Assembly (NCBI GenBank): GCA_023954815.1
Contig: JAGSHB010000002.1
Location: 21,990 to 85,989, forward strand
Source of the DNA: Myxococcales bacterium
GTDB taxonomy: Bacteria > Myxococcota_A > UBA9042
Direction: 5' to 3'
DNA length: 64,000 nucleotides
In this document: piece by piece, positions 38,637 to 46,528 of the stretch
Layout: every line of letters begins with the position of its first letter
Position numbering within the stretch: the stretch's first letter is position 1
The notes under the pieces: model-generated
What the model saw: the letters and a program-made list of their open reading frames with translations, nothing else
The model's database searches: none
Told to the model about the DNA's origin: nothing
Program-made: the position numbers and the translations under genes

Positions 38637-40565
38637 TCAGCCCTTCGCCGAACGGTCCCGCACCCGCTCCCACATCCACAAGTTGGTGCCGAGGGCTGCA
38701 AAGTGGACGACACCGCTGATGATGAACGCCTGCTCGTGATTCACGGCGGCCAACGCCGCACCGACTGCATAAAGCGTCGCTGGCAAGATCAGATAACGCC
38801 AACCCACGGCAGCGATGGCGCCCATCCCCATGAAGAACACGATCAGTTCAGCCGGTTGCACGTGGGCAGGAGGCAGCCCTCCCATCCAGGCGAAGAGGCG
38901 GATGGCAAAGAGCGACACGGTCGAGAGCCCAGCGATATGAAAAAACCGCTGATTGAGCCCCATCCTGCGAATATGCCGGTGGCGGACCACCGCGTAGAGC
39001 ATCACCAGCGCCAGAAATATCCCGGCCACAAGCGCGTGACGACCGCCAGTGAGGGTGCCCTGCACCTGCCAGTAGTGCGTGAGCGCAGACAGCCCCGGCC
39101 AGATGAGCATCAGCGCGAACGTGAACCAACGTCGCTGCAACGTGCCGACCCGCAGATCATGCCGCTGCCCCAGCGCTCCTAGGCGAGCGAGCCCGGCTTG
39201 GTCTTCACTTTGCTGGACCCGACTCGCGGCGAGATCTGCGGAGAGCGTTGGCGCGGGCGCTGGCAACTCTTCGAGCAACAAACCGGCCTGCCCGAGCTCA
39301 CCTGCCGCCATGCTACGCCGAATCATCAGCTCCAAGACGGACTGCAAACCGCGGCTGGCACGCCAATTTTCCGGCCAAATATCAAGTGCTTGCTGAAATC
39401 CGAACTTTGCCCGCACAAAACGCTTGTGCACCCCGAGCGGATCAATGACCGCCGACGTGGGATTGTCCTCCGCTGGCGGCGTCGCCATCAGGATGGCGGT
39501 GTCCTTCAAGGCGCGTTCCGTAATCTCAATCGAGGTGCGGTGCAGCAAATAGGCGGCGACGGCGTCCCGCAGGTGAGCCACGTCTGGAAACCGGTCTTCT
39601 GGGTTCCTGGCCATGGCGATGCGGCAAATCTCGGCCAAGGGCGCGGGTACGTCGGCCGGGAGGACCGGGGGCTTGCTCTCGTGCGCTGAAAACAGCGACG
39701 CGTGGACGTGTTCAGCCTCATGAGGCGCAGCGCCGGTCAGGAGTTCGAATGTGATACCGCCAAGGAGATAGACGTCGGTTCGCGGGCCGATATTGGCCCC
39801 GTCAGCGGCGACCTGTTCGGGCGCCATGTAGGCAGGTGTGCCTGCGATGTGGGTGCAGTCCTTGGCCAACGGAAATCGCCCTTGATGAGCGGCATCCGTG
39901 CTGACTGCGATGCCCCAGTCGACGACCAAAACCTCACCAAAGTGACCCAGCATCACGTTCTCGGGCTTGAGATCACGATGGACGATGCCCCGACTGTGGG
40001 CGAATCGCACGGCATCGCAGACCGCCATGAGCACACGCAGCTGCGTTTCCAGCCATTCACCGGCACGCAGTTCTGGAGCACGGCGCAAAGCAGCTTCCCA
40101 CGAGCGGCCTTCGATGCGCTTCATCACCAGCAGGGGTAGGTGGGCCTCATCCCGCGCCAGATCATAGACGGGGACGATGTTGGGATGCTCCAGCGCACCG
40201 GTAATCAGCGCCTCACGCAGCAATTGGGCGTGCGCGTTGGGGCGCTCCGCATCAGAACGAACGCGTTTGACAGCCACATCTCGAGCCATGGAGGCCTGGC
40301 GGCCCAAGTGCACAATCCCCATCCCGCCGCGACCGAGGACACTACCGAGCACCACAGCAGGGCCGGGCCCATCGTTGCTAGGGGATGGCTCGGTCTCACC
40401 GGGCGGATTGGCCGTTGCGAAAGCGAGCGTAACGGCGTCATCGTCCGCGGGCGCGTGCACCGTTCCATGGACCGTCGCACCCTGCGCGGCGAGCTGGATG
40501 GACGCACGACGCACCACATCGGGATCTGTGCGCTGGGCGGATGCTGGATCGATCGAAGCGCTCAT
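38637..40565 (-). CDS. Ser/Thr protein kinase with C-terminal polytopic membrane domain
   Basis: GRGGMG glycine loop, VAVK, HRDLKPENVML and DWG motifs. 5-6 C-terminal TM helices. ATG at 40565. Confidence 0.8.
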   Translation of the reverse strand: MSASIDPASAQRTDPDVVRRASIQLAAQGATVHGTVHAPADDDAVTLAFATANPPGETEPSPSNDGPGPAVVLGSVLGRGGMGIVHLGRQASMARDVAVKRVRSDAERPNAHAQLLREALITGALEHPNIVPVYDLARDEAHLPLLVMKRIEGRSWEAALRRAPELRAGEWLETQLRVLMAVCDAVRFAHSRGIVHRDLKPENVMLGHFGEVLVVDWGIAVSTDAAHQGRFPLAKDCTHIAGTPAYMAPEQVAADGANIGPRTDVYLLGGITFELLTGAAPHEAEHVHASLFSAHESKPPVLPADVPAPLAEICRIAMARNPEDRFPDVAHLRDAVAAYLLHRTSIEITERALKDTAILMATPPAEDNPTSAVIDPLGVHKRFVRAKFGFQQALDIWPENWRASRGLQSVLELMIRRSMAAGELGQAGLLLEELPAPAPTLSADLAASRVQQSEDQAGLARLGALGQRHDLRVGTLQRRWFTFALMLIWPGLSALTHYWQVQGTLTGGRHALVAGIFLALVMLYAVVRHRHIRRMGLNQRFFHIAGLSTVSLFAIRLFAWMGGLPPAHVQPAELIVFFMGMGAIAAVGWRYLILPATLYAVGAALAAVNHEQAFIISGVVHFAALGTNLWMWERVRDRSAKG

Positions 40566-40639
40566 GGAGCGGCAGGATGACTCGCAACTGCCCACGCGTC
40601 ACCCTTTGGGTCATGAGCCAGCGACTGAGTAGGGGCCAC

Positions 40640-42436
40640 CTAGCTCCGGTCCACCGGGGCCACATCAGGGCCCGAAAGATGGGAAGCAGCTTGATTGAGA
40701 AGCGCCGAGGCAGCCGCGATCGAGGCAGCCTGGCGCCCCTGGGTCTGCCGCAGTTGCTCTAGCTCCGCTTCAAGCGCAGCCACGCGACTCTCCGCCACCG
40801 AAGCACGCTCCTGCGCGGCCTGGCTCGCCTCGACTGCCGCGCTAAGCTTGGCTCGCTGTTGTGCGGCCTGAACCTCGGCAGCGGCCAACGCTTTGTCCTG
40901 AGAGCCGATGGTCTCAAGTTGCGCGGCGACGGCCGTCTCAGCTGAGCGTTTGGCAGCCGAGACCTCATCGAGCTTGGTCTGCAAGTCGTTCTGACCTCCG
41001 CCAGCCGTCAGGGTCTTGATCCGCTCGGTCAGCTCCTCGTTTTCTTGCTCAAGCCGGCCAATCTCGGTCGTCGCGGCCTGGAGCGTACCCAACATCTTGG
41101 TGAGCTCAGACAGGTTCTCAGCCATAAATTGCGAACTGGACTGATTGCGTTCCTTGCGGGGCGGGATCGGCTCAGCTGTGGGCGTCGACGCGACCTGTTT
41201 CGCATCCGAATTCGCAGCCTTGGCCTCTGCTTCCGGAGTCGACTTGGGCGATGTCTCCTCCGCCTTTTCGGCTGGTTTCTCAGCCTTTTTGCTGACCTGG
41301 AGAGGCTCTTGTTCAGCCTGCGGCTCCGACGCCGCATCGCTATCTACAGCTTCGACAACCTCATCGGCGGACAGGTCCTCGACAACCTCATCGGCGGACA
41401 GGTCCTCGACAACCTCATCGGCGGACAAGTCCTCGACAACCTCATCGGCGGACAGGTCCTCGACAACCTCATCGGCGGACAGGTCCTCGACAACCTCGTC
41501 GGCAGACAAATCTTCGATGACCTCGTCGGCGATCAGATCCTCGATGAGCTCATCGGCGGACACGTCTTCGATCAACTCATCGGCAGACAACTCCTCAAGC
41601 TCGTCGGACATAACCAACTCTTCAAGCTCTTGAGGCGCGATCTCCTCCAGCTCCTCGATGTCATCAAGCTCCAGGTCTTCGACGATCACTTCGGCCACAT
41701 CGCTCAAGTCGACAACTTCTTCTGCCGCGATCTCTTCGATGAGCCCAGCGGAAACGCCGTCAAGATCAGTCTCCGTCTCGCCATCGAACGGTCCTATCTC
41801 GACGTCGATCTCTTCGATGAGATCACCGTCAATTGTCGTGTCGTCATCCAAGGCGGCGTCAATCTCCGCCAAATCGAGCATCTGGGTGGCCGATTCTCCG
41901 TCGTCGGCGCCGTCATCGTCGACCATCTCGATGTCTTCGAGGTCGATCAGCTCCAAGGGCTCTTCCGCGGCAGCCACGGCAGCACTCGATACATCGCCCG
42001 TCATCGGAGACAAGGCCTCCATGGGCAACTCTTCGAGCAGATCACTGACCACACCCAGCCCGCTGTCGACACGCGCGAGGGTCGCCTCGATGGTCTTTTT
42101 AAGCTCACGACTCGCCTTGCTCTGCATGATGTAGGCGTCGGCGGTGTGCTGCCCGCCGCTGTGACGCTGCACATCCGAACGCTGATCATCGCGATAGACG
42201 ACCACGAGGCCCACACCGAGACGGGCCTTGTCCCGCCGAAGCGTGCCTACCATGGCGAGGCTGCGGCGCATGGTCGGGCCGAAGACCAACAGCTGTACGG
42301 GCTGCTGCTCCATCCGTCGCATGGCTTGTTCCATCGAGCGCAAGACGGCGAGGTCCATATCTGCGGGCAGGGCGGCGCGCAGGTGGCGTTCGACCATTTT
42401 GGTGCCGCCGATCAAGAGGGCGTGGCGCTTGGACAT
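40640..42436 (-). CDS. FrzS/AglZ-like protein: N-terminal pseudo-receiver, acidic tandem-repeat region, C-terminal coiled coil
   Basis: ATG at 42436 with GAGGAG RBS. REC-like fold lacking the acidic pocket and phospho-Asp (LLIGGTK, LLVFGP). LSADEVVED tandem repeats. Ala/Gln/Glu-rich heptads at the C-terminus. Confidence 0.6.
   Translation of the reverse strand: MSKRHALLIGGTKMVERHLRAALPADMDLAVLRSMEQAMRRMEQQPVQLLVFGPTMRRSLAMVGTLRRDKARLGVGLVVVYRDDQRSDVQRHSGGQHTADAYIMQSKASRELKKTIEATLARVDSGLGVVSDLLEELPMEALSPMTGDVSSAAVAAAEEPLELIDLEDIEMVDDDGADDGESATQMLDLAEIDAALDDDTTIDGDLIEEIDVEIGPFDGETETDLDGVSAGLIEEIAAEEVVDLSDVAEVIVEDLELDDIEELEEIAPQELEELVMSDELEELSADELIEDVSADELIEDLIADEVIEDLSADEVVEDLSADEVVEDLSADEVVEDLSADEVVEDLSADEVVEDLSADEVVEAVDSDAASEPQAEQEPLQVSKKAEKPAEKAEETSPKSTPEAEAKAANSDAKQVASTPTAEPIPPRKERNQSSSQFMAENLSELTKMLGTLQAATTEIGRLEQENEELTERIKTLTAGGGQNDLQTKLDEVSAAKRSAETAVAAQLETIGSQDKALAAAEVQAAQQRAKLSAAVEASQAAQERASVAESRVAALEAELEQLRQTQGRQAASIAAASALLNQAASHLSGPDVAPVDRS
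41353..41600. repeat. About 9 tandem copies of a 27-bp repeat (CTCATCGGCGGACAGGTCCTCGACAAC and variants) inside the FrzS-like CDS
   Basis: Direct tandem repeats readable in the sequence. Each unit encodes (L/I)SADE(V/L)(V/I)ED. Confidence 0.7.
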
Positions 42437-42622
42437 CAACAAACTCCTCGGGCGCTGGGCAGTATTTGCAGCGCGCGGGTGAAAGATAGGGGCGTCAGTC
42501 TCCCGCGCGCCCCTTGGGGGGTCAAGGGCATCACAAGCCACCTTGAAAAAGCACAAGCCCGCCCTTAGCCTGCGCCGCTCGCGCGCGGGGACGACGCCGC
42601 TGCGCCCACCAGGACAGCCATC

Positions 42623-44176
42623 ATGCTCGAGACCATCACCAAAGGCTTTAGAGCCGCACGCCACCGCCTCCAGGGCTACCGCGAGATCGACGAAGACACC
42701 CTCGATGAGGTGCTGGTCGACATTCGACAGAGTCTGTTGGAGGCCGATGTTGAGTTTGGTGTCGTCAAACACTTCATCGGTCACGTGAAGGAAAAGGCGC
42801 TCGGCGAGGTCGTTCAGCTCAAGGCGAAGACCGAAGAGGGCGATACCGTCCGCGTCAGCCCGCAAGATCACTTCATCAAGATCTGCCACGACGAGCTCGA
42901 AGCGCTCATGGGCCCCGTCGATACGGGCCTGGATCTGAAAAAGAAGGGCATCTCGACCATCATGATGGTGGGTCTGCAGGGCTCTGGTAAGACGACGACC
43001 GCCGCCAAGCTCGCCAAGCTCTACATGGATCAGGGCATGCGCCCGATGTTGGTCGCAGGCGATATCTACCGCCCAGCCGCCATCGATCAGCTCAAGGTGC
43101 TCGGCGCCAGCTTGGACATTCCGGTGTTCTCCGTCGCTGGGATGAAGCCGCCGCAGCTGTGCGCAGAAGGCTACCAGTGGGCGCGCAAGAACGGCCGCAA
43201 TCTGGTTATTTTCGATACCGCTGGCCGATTGACCATCGACGCCCAGCTCATGGACGAGCTCAGCGAGATTCGTCGCCTACAGCCGCCGGACAACACCCTG
43301 CTCGTCATCGACTCGATGATCGGTCAGGACTCGGTGAAGACCGCCAAGGCCTTCAACGAGCAGGTCGGCATCGACGGCGTTGTCCTGACCAAGCTCGACG
43401 GTGATGCCCGAGGTGGTGCGGCGATCAGCGTCAAGATGGTCACCGGCGCGCCGATCAAATACATCGGTATGGGCGAAGGCCTCGACAAGCTGGAAGAGTT
43501 CCGGCCCGAGGGCATGGCCAGCCGCATCCTCGGTATGGGCGACATCGTCGGCCTGATGAGTGACTTCGAGAAGGTCATCGACGAGGACAAGGCCGAAAAA
43601 GACGCGCAGAAGATGCTGTCGGGCGATTTTTCGCTGACAGACTTCATGGACCAGATCAAGACGCTCAAGAAGATGGGCTCTCTCCGCGACGTGATGGAGA
43701 AACTGCCCTTCTTCGCCGACGCCATGGCCGACGGTGCGTCGTTTGACGACAAGGAGCTGATGCGCATCGAGGCCATCATCCAGTCGATGACTAAGAAAGA
43801 GCGCAACCACCCGGAGCTGATCGATCTGAGCCGTGCCAAGCGGATCGCCAAGGGTTGTGGTCGCAAGGCCGCGGACGTGCAGGATCTGCTCAAGCGCTAC
43901 GACGTGATGCGCCAGATGATGAGCCGGATCGGTCAGAGCCCGGGCCTGCTGAGCAAGCTGCCGGGCTTTTCGCAGATGGGGCAGCTCGCCCGCATGAAGA
44001 ACATGGACGTCGGGGACTTCTTCGACGAGCTCGACACCATGCCCAGCCCTGAGCACAGCGGCGCCGCGCCGGCCTACTACGAAGATCGCCGGGTGTTCGA
44101 TCGCAAGAAGCGCAAGACGAAGAACAAGTCAGCTAAGAAGGCGCGCGCGAAGAACCGGAAGAAAAGGAAGAAGTAG
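42623..44176 (+). CDS. ffh: Signal recognition particle protein Ffh with Lys/Arg-rich C-terminal tail
   Basis: N, G and M domains. GLQGSGKTTTAAKLA, DTAGR and TKLDGDARGG motifs. Met-rich M-domain. KKRKTKNKSAKKARAKNRKKRKK tail. Confidence 0.95.
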   Translation: MLETITKGFRAARHRLQGYREIDEDTLDEVLVDIRQSLLEADVEFGVVKHFIGHVKEKALGEVVQLKAKTEEGDTVRVSPQDHFIKICHDELEALMGPVDTGLDLKKKGISTIMMVGLQGSGKTTTAAKLAKLYMDQGMRPMLVAGDIYRPAAIDQLKVLGASLDIPVFSVAGMKPPQLCAEGYQWARKNGRNLVIFDTAGRLTIDAQLMDELSEIRRLQPPDNTLLVIDSMIGQDSVKTAKAFNEQVGIDGVVLTKLDGDARGGAAISVKMVTGAPIKYIGMGEGLDKLEEFRPEGMASRILGMGDIVGLMSDFEKVIDEDKAEKDAQKMLSGDFSLTDFMDQIKTLKKMGSLRDVMEKLPFFADAMADGASFDDKELMRIEAIIQSMTKKERNHPELIDLSRAKRIAKGCGRKAADVQDLLKRYDVMRQMMSRIGQSPGLLSKLPGFSQMGQLARMKNMDVGDFFDELDTMPSPEHSGAAPAYYEDRRVFDRKKRKTKNKSAKKARAKNRKKRKK

Positions 44177-44224
44177 CAGGGCAGGGAGCCAAGCTGGCTC
44201 AATATCCGAGATAACCCCGACAAA

Positions 44225-44845
44225 TCAGCCGATTAGCGCTTGAACGACCTTCAACGGCAGCGCGACATCGCCTGCGATTCGTACGCCTTTGGCCTTCAAT
44301 ACGGCCTTGGGCGCGATGCGATTGACGACCCACTCAATCGGCTCGTCGGCGTCGATGGTCAGTGTGGTGGTCGCGGTTTCGTAGTCGGGCGCGCCTGAAC
44401 CAAACGTGACGACGTAGCGGTAGGTGTCAGAAAACCCACGATCGTGCACATCAATGGCGATGCTGCCCGTCAGATGAGCGCAACTCAGGGCGCGGGCTGG
44501 GTCCAAAGGGAGTCGGCTCAAATCTGGGATCTGCCGCGCCTTGCCGAGCCGGGCCATCAGGGTCAGGCCACGCTCGCGCAGGGCGCCGCCGACGATTTCG
44601 CGCAAGTGCCGCTTGTGAAACGCCACCTGACAGATGGCGTTCGGAGCCGCTCCAGGGGTGACTTGGGTGTGGCCGTCGACCAGCTGCAGCGCCCAAACGC
44701 CACCGCCAGACCCCAAGATGTGCACGTTGACCGGCTGGTCCACGGTCACGGGCGGCAGCGGGACAGGTAGGGCCTCGATGACCTCTTCAAACAACTTCTT
44801 GGGGGCAAGCGTCCGCTTCAACGTCCAAAATTGTTCCGCGTTCAT
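44225..44845 (-). CDS. SCP2 (sterol-carrier-like) domain protein
   Basis: ATG at 44845. C-terminal ...VLKAKGVRIAGDVALPLKVVQAL typical of SCP2. Confidence 0.5.
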   Translation of the reverse strand: MNAEQFWTLKRTLAPKKLFEEVIEALPVPLPPVTVDQPVNVHILGSGGGVWALQLVDGHTQVTPGAAPNAICQVAFHKRHLREIVGGALRERGLTLMARLGKARQIPDLSRLPLDPARALSCAHLTGSIAIDVHDRGFSDTYRYVVTFGSGAPDYETATTTLTIDADEPIEWVVNRIAPKAVLKAKGVRIAGDVALPLKVVQALIG

Positions 44846-44899
44846 CTTGTTGCCTCATCGGTGATGCGCGGCCGACGCGCGTAAGCCATGACGCTGCCC

Positions 44900-46219
44900 C
44901 TAGAACACAACCGGGCCGGTGCTGGGCTTCGGCTTCGGTCTCGGCTTCGGTCTCGGCTTCGGCTTCGGTCTCGGCTTCGGCTTCGGCTTCACCAAGCCCG
45001 CATCAACAGGGCCCGTGTCCGGCGTTCCTGTATCTGGCGTTCCCGTGTCCGCTGTCCCTGTGTCCGGCGTCCCCGTGTCCGGCGTTCCTGTGTCTTCTGG
45101 ACCGCTGTCGACCTCACCGGTGTCGGTCTCGCCAGCGTCCTCGGCCAGGGCTCCTGCCACGACATCCGCGCTCCCTGCCGGAGCCGGACCCGGATCTCCG
45201 CCGGCGAGCGCGAAATAAGCACCGACGCCACCGGCGACCAGAATGAGGGCGATCATGCCGAACATCAGGCCGATATTGCCCTTCGACTTGGCCTCTTCCT
45301 CTGCCTCACGGGCGTCGATGGTCGCCTCTGCCGCGAGGTCCGCCTGCGCCGCGGCGTGCTTGCGTGCGGCCTCCGCCTGGGCCGCTTTCTGCTCAGCCAA
45401 TTCCTGGGCGCGCTCGGCTTCACGACGCTCATTTTCCAGGCGCCGCTTCTCTTCCTGCAGTTCTTTGCTGGCCTGTACGTTGGCGGTCTTGCTCGCCAAT
45501 AGCTCCTTGAGCAGCTCGGACTGTTCGGTCCCAAGCGCCATAGTGGAGCGGTCATCGATGACGTTGGCGGCGCGCAGGCCCGCCGCGAGGGCGCTCGCAT
45601 CAGGGTGGCGGTCACCCGGACGTTTCTTCAGTGCTTTTTGAATCTGAACTTCGACCGCGGGCAGAATTTCCGCGTCCGCAGCGACCTGTCTCGCCGCAGG
45701 TACCGCGAACTTCCCGTGACGATTGCGCACTTCTGCCGGTGATGCCCCAACAAAGGGCGCACGGCCGGTAAACATCTCGAACCCGATGCAGCCCAGTGCG
45801 TAGACGTCTTCCCGCTGCGGAGACCGTTTGCGCACCTTCAACAGGCCACTGATCTCAGGCGACTCGTAGAGCACGTCGTAGCCCGGATCAGCCGTGACCG
45901 CGTCCGGCCGAAGCAAACGAAGTTCTCCGTGGGCGTCCGGCACGAGCCGAACATGGCGAGGAGTGAGGCGGCCCGCGCCTTGATCGACCTTGTGGAGCTC
46001 GGCCACGGAGTCACAGAGGTTTGCCAGCAGCGCGACCAAGCTATCCGAATCGAGCTCAGCGGCGTCGATCACTTGTGCCAAAGTGATCCCCGGCAGCGCT
46101 GTCGACGCGCCAGACTGATCTCCGCTTTCAGGCAACGACGTCTGATTCATGCGGTCTGCGGCGGGATCGGACGCGGGTGCAGGAGGAGCAGCCGTGTCTT
46201 GGTAGGACATGGTTCCCAT
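44900..46219 (-). CDS. Pseudokinase-like membrane protein (kinase C-lobe only), coiled coil, TM helix, TGTPD and KPKPRP repeats
   Basis: ATG at 46219. SPE..DVYALGCIGFEMFTGRAPF resembles kinase subdomains VIII-IX. No GxGxxG, VAIK or HRD present. Confidence 0.5.
   Translation of the reverse strand: MGTMSYQDTAAPPAPASDPAADRMNQTSLPESGDQSGASTALPGITLAQVIDAAELDSDSLVALLANLCDSVAELHKVDQGAGRLTPRHVRLVPDAHGELRLLRPDAVTADPGYDVLYESPEISGLLKVRKRSPQREDVYALGCIGFEMFTGRAPFVGASPAEVRNRHGKFAVPAARQVAADAEILPAVEVQIQKALKKRPGDRHPDASALAAGLRAANVIDDRSTMALGTEQSELLKELLASKTANVQASKELQEEKRRLENERREAERAQELAEQKAAQAEAARKHAAAQADLAAEATIDAREAEEEAKSKGNIGLMFGMIALILVAGGVGAYFALAGGDPGPAPAGSADVVAGALAEDAGETDTGEVDSGPEDTGTPDTGTPDTGTADTGTPDTGTPDTGPVDAGLVKPKPKPRPKPKPRPKPRPKPKPSTGPVVF
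44919..45110. repeat. Coding short tandem repeats (6/12-nt CGGCTTCGGTCT units, then 15-nt GGCGTTCCTGTGTCC units)
   Basis: Visible in the sequence. They encode (KP/RP)n and (TGTPD)n at the C-terminus of the pseudokinase-like protein. Confidence 0.6.
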
Positions 46220-46528
46220 GTGCCGATGGGAAGGCGTCTCAAGCTTTGCGTCGTGCGCAGCGCCGACGACGGCCTCGGTCTTGTCGCTCTTGCTCCGAAG
46301 CCGCGACGGCAATCGTGCGCGACCACCGGGGGGCGGCCTCGGCGCGATCGCGGTCTTTCTGCGCTGATCTTTCTTTGGTGGGTCGGCCACGAAAACAACC
46401 TAGTGGGATTCGGAGGTGCCTCAGTATGGGCAGGGGGCGCAGCCCTGACAATATTTGCGACTCACTTCGTCGCGAACGATGCGGGACGTAAATGCACCGC
46501 AATCGCACGCCACGCAGGATGCTCGCGG

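Noticed and set aside
41353-41600. 27-bp tandem repeat array considered as a CRISPR or other non-coding repeat
   Set aside because: The repeats are contiguous with no spacers. They stay in frame within a long CDS and encode an acidic peptide repeat.
41045-42568. 507-aa plus-strand ORF rich in LIGGQVLDN repeats
   Set aside because: It is the antisense shadow of the FrzS-like gene's tandem-repeat region. There is no start or RBS context. The minus strand carries the coherent domain architecture.
44846-44902. Same-frame adjacency of the SCP2 gene and the pseudokinase-like gene (possible second read-through)
   Set aside because: The intervening stop is TAG, not TGA. An 18-codon gap precedes a proper ATG. 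These are two ordinary genes.
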